The notes beneath the pieces were generated by a model. The model was not told where the DNA came from and did not search any database. It was given only the letters and a program-made list of their open reading frames with translations. Shown here piece by piece: positions 61,479 through 64,000 of a DNA stretch of 64,000 nt (within the stretch, counting starts at the first letter, position 1; every line of letters begins with the position of its first letter). Origin of the DNA: Asterias rubens (lineage: Eukaryota); the NCBI RefSeq assembly GCF_902459465.1, contig NC_047076.1, positions 11,842,001-11,906,000 on the forward strand. Reading direction: 5' to 3'. The position numbers were made by a program, and so were the translations under genes.

Positions 61479-64000
61479 GGGGTTCAGTGGATCCACTGCA
61501 GTTCAATCAATGCTCTGATTGGTTGTGTGGTTGGCAGCCTCAGGGCTATGGTTAGGGTTGGCCATTGTGTGAGAAACCTCTCGGGTGTAGTGAGGCGTGT
61601 CAGTAGGTTGGTGGTTGTTAGAGGAGGAGGGTGGTAGGATAGTATGCCAAATGCTGCTGATGAAATAGCCGATATCTTGTGGCACAGTGTCGTGTCTGTA
61701 TATTTCGATAGCTTCCCTTATGCGCCTTGTATACCAATGTCTCTCAGGTGCTATGATACGAGCCTGATCCCAATCTATGACATGGTCTAAATCGGTGGAG
61801 TGTTTGACAATGGCAGATTTGTCATATTCCCCTCTGCGGCCGTGTGCTTTATGTTCTTTTAGCCTGGTAGTTAGGTCTCTACCGGTCTTGCCAATGTACA
61901 CTTTACCACAAGTACAAGGAATTCGATAGACCCCTGCCTGACTGCTAGAGTCATGCTTGTCTTTGTGAGTGTGTAGCTTAGTATCCAACTTGTACGAGTT
62001 CAGTAGTAGACCTTGATTTCGGCCTCACGGAGGATCCGTTGAATTTTGTGTGAGGTATGACCAATGTACGGAAGGACCGCAATGGGCATATCTTTGGATT
62101 GTGCAGACTGAGAGTTGTGTTTTGAAAGGGACTCTCTTTTGTTTGGTTTATACCCATTCTCTTTTAGCACTGTGTTAAGGTGCTCCAGTTCATTAGGTAA
62201 ATGTTCCTTATCACAAATAATGTGTGCCCTTTGAAGTAGGGTCCGGTTCACTGAGGCTTTCACAGAAGGAGGATGGAATGACCGAGCGTTGAGGTAGCGG
62301 TCTGTATGGGTGGGTTTTCTGTACACGGAGTGTGCTAGAGAACCATCAGTCTTCTTGGAAATGAGTACATCAAGGAAAGGTAATGAATCGGATGTCTCAG
62401 TTTCCATGGTGAACTGAATGTTAGGGTGTTGGCGGTTAATGTGACTAAGGAAGTCATCATGGTTTTCCAATCCATGTGACCAAATGATGAACGTGTCATC
62501 CACATATCGGAGCCAAAGTTTGGGTTTGAGTCGAGCGGTACCCAGGGCTTTCTGTTCAAAATCTTCCATGAAAATGTTCGCTAAGACTGGGGAAATAGGA
62601 GACCCCATGGGAGTTCTTAAAGCCTGTCTGTAATATCCATCTCTCCATTGGAAGTATGTGGACTTCACGCATGTCATTAATAGATCATGAATCTGGTCTG
62701 GCGTTAGGCTGGTTCGATCGGTAAGAGTTTCATCTTGTTCTAGTACCGCTTTGGTTATTTGGCAAGCTTCATCGGTGGGTACGTTAGTGAAAAGAGATTT
62801 GACATCAAAACTCACTAATATATCGGATGACTGTAATTCAATTCCCTTGATAATATCGATAAACCCTGCTGAATTGGGTACATGGTGAGGTGTTTTGCCC
62901 ACAAGTGTGTGTAAAAGCTTAGTCAAGTGTTGGGCGAGGTTGTAGGTAGGGGAACCTCGAGAGGAGACAATAGGGCGGAGCGGTTTATCTGGTTTGTGAA
63001 TCTTTGGCTGACCAAAGAATCTCGGGCACTTCGAGGCCGAAGGCCTGAGATGTCTGTACAATGGAGTGGGTATGGCAGTGCTACAGTTTAGGGAGAGGAG
63101 CATGGCAGCGAGCTTCCTTTCAACTGATGGGATCGGGTTCTTCTTTAGGTGGACATAGGTATCTGTGTCAAGGATACTTTGAACCTTTTGGACTTGGGGA
63201 ATGCTCACCGTTTCCTCGGCAACTTGCAGGATGCCAAGACATATCTTGACGAGGCTGAGATGTTGGCCGTCGAGATGGGCGACGTGGACAAGATCACCAC
63301 GGCAACCATCCATCACGGGGATTGGATTCTTGGGAGTGGACATCTGAAGGAGGCTATTGCCAAGGTTTTCCAGCCGCTGTTGAAACGGAATATGAGCGAC
63401 AAGAATAGGGGGCTAATGTTACAGTCATTTGGAAATGCTTGTAGGTAAGTTTGTCGAAGCCACCGATCTATCTGGTTGTCTTTTTTTATGCTTCAACATT
63501 TTATTTTAGTTGCCCAATTTCTTAGAGCTGCTTTCAAAACACAAAAGTAGCTAACACCAAACAATATTGCTTACCAGAATAAGTTTACCAGCCAAGATAT
63601 TTTGTCATGTGTGCTATCTGTACCTGGTATCTTGTTTGGAATTGCTAAAAGCATGGAGTATTGCTCCATGCTAAAAGCAACAATTTTCTGCTTAAGCAGC
63701 TCTCTAAAATTTGGCCCTGGTAAACGTCGTCATATGACATTTTACAACCAATGGGATAAAACCAGCCTTAATTTATGATTGTTGCATTGCATTCCAGGGC
63801 TTCAGCAGACTTCGGAACAGCTAAAGAGTACTTAAGAGAAGCCATCGCTATCGCCGAGCGACTTGAAGATCCTGTTGCCGTGGCAGATCGCCATGGGGAC
63901 TTGGGAACCACTTTTCGGTCGGGGGGGCGGTCCACCGATGCCCTTACCCATCAGAAAAAACAGTTTGTGTTTGCAAAACAAAGAGGCAAGTTATTTCAAC

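Larger units (their letters stand above)
61119..63190 (-). mobile_element. Penelope-like retroelement, 5'-truncated: RT + GIY-YIG endonuclease + 3' pseudo-LTR
   Basis: RT motifs PKIHKPDKPLRPIVS, SFDVKSLFTNVP, PMGSPISPVLANIFME, WLRYVDDTF and LPFLDVLI lie in about 62000-63190. The GIY-YIG domain AGVYRIPCTCGKVYIGKTGR..RLKEH lies in 61503-61988, with one frameshift near 62000. RT followed by GIY-YIG is diagnostic of Penelope-like elements. Confidence 0.95.
59106..63985 (+). pseudogene. TPR-repeat (TTC28-like) gene fragment, probably disrupted; continues beyond the window
   Basis: Candidate exons 59106-59388, 60651-60754 (in-frame TGA at 60671), 61103-61117 + 63191-63444 (split by the Penelope element) and 63798-63985 (GC donor). 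The phases chain correctly. TPR-like text: KYIDLGNAHRFLGNLQDAKTYLDEA, LQSFGNACRASADFGTAKEYLREAIAIAE, HGDLGTTFRSGGRSTDALTHQKKQ. Confidence 0.75.

Noticed and set aside
63191-63343. N-terminal 51 aa of the 447-aa RT ORF as part of the element
   Set aside because: This is the antisense reading of the host TPR exon; the element's truncated 5' end is at about 63190.

Overview
AT-rich, repeat-dense eukaryotic (animal) genomic DNA with spliceosomal introns; no prokaryotic features, CRISPR or rRNA. Gene content and repeat style suggest an invertebrate deuterostome, probably a sea star (inference, not verified). From left to right: (1) about 22 kb with no recognisable exon, probably intron 1 of an adenylate cyclase 5/6 gene whose first coding exon is at 22102-23130 (-). 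(2) Two intact tandem 6-exon carbonyl reductase (CBR1-like SDR) genes on the - strand; the upstream one has its first coding exon triplicated in a 277-bp tandem array. (3) A 2-exon gene for a type II membrane-anchored DUF3431-like protein (+), a family I know mainly from fungi and microbes. (4) A 3-exon neurocalcin/hippocalcin gene (+) with a GC-AG intron, tail-to-tail with a third, broken CBR copy. (5) A cluster of LINE fragments. (6) A decaying TPR (TTC28-like) gene whose exon is split by a 5'-truncated Penelope-like retroelement (RT + GIY-YIG) carrying a minimal hammerhead ribozyme in its pseudo-LTR. More than 20 copies of a ~380-bp TTAA-flanked MITE, several tRNA-derived SINEs, other MITEs and palindromes fill the rest. 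Most ORFs in the supplied track are spurious translations of repeats. All family assignments are by eye and need HMM/BLAST confirmation.
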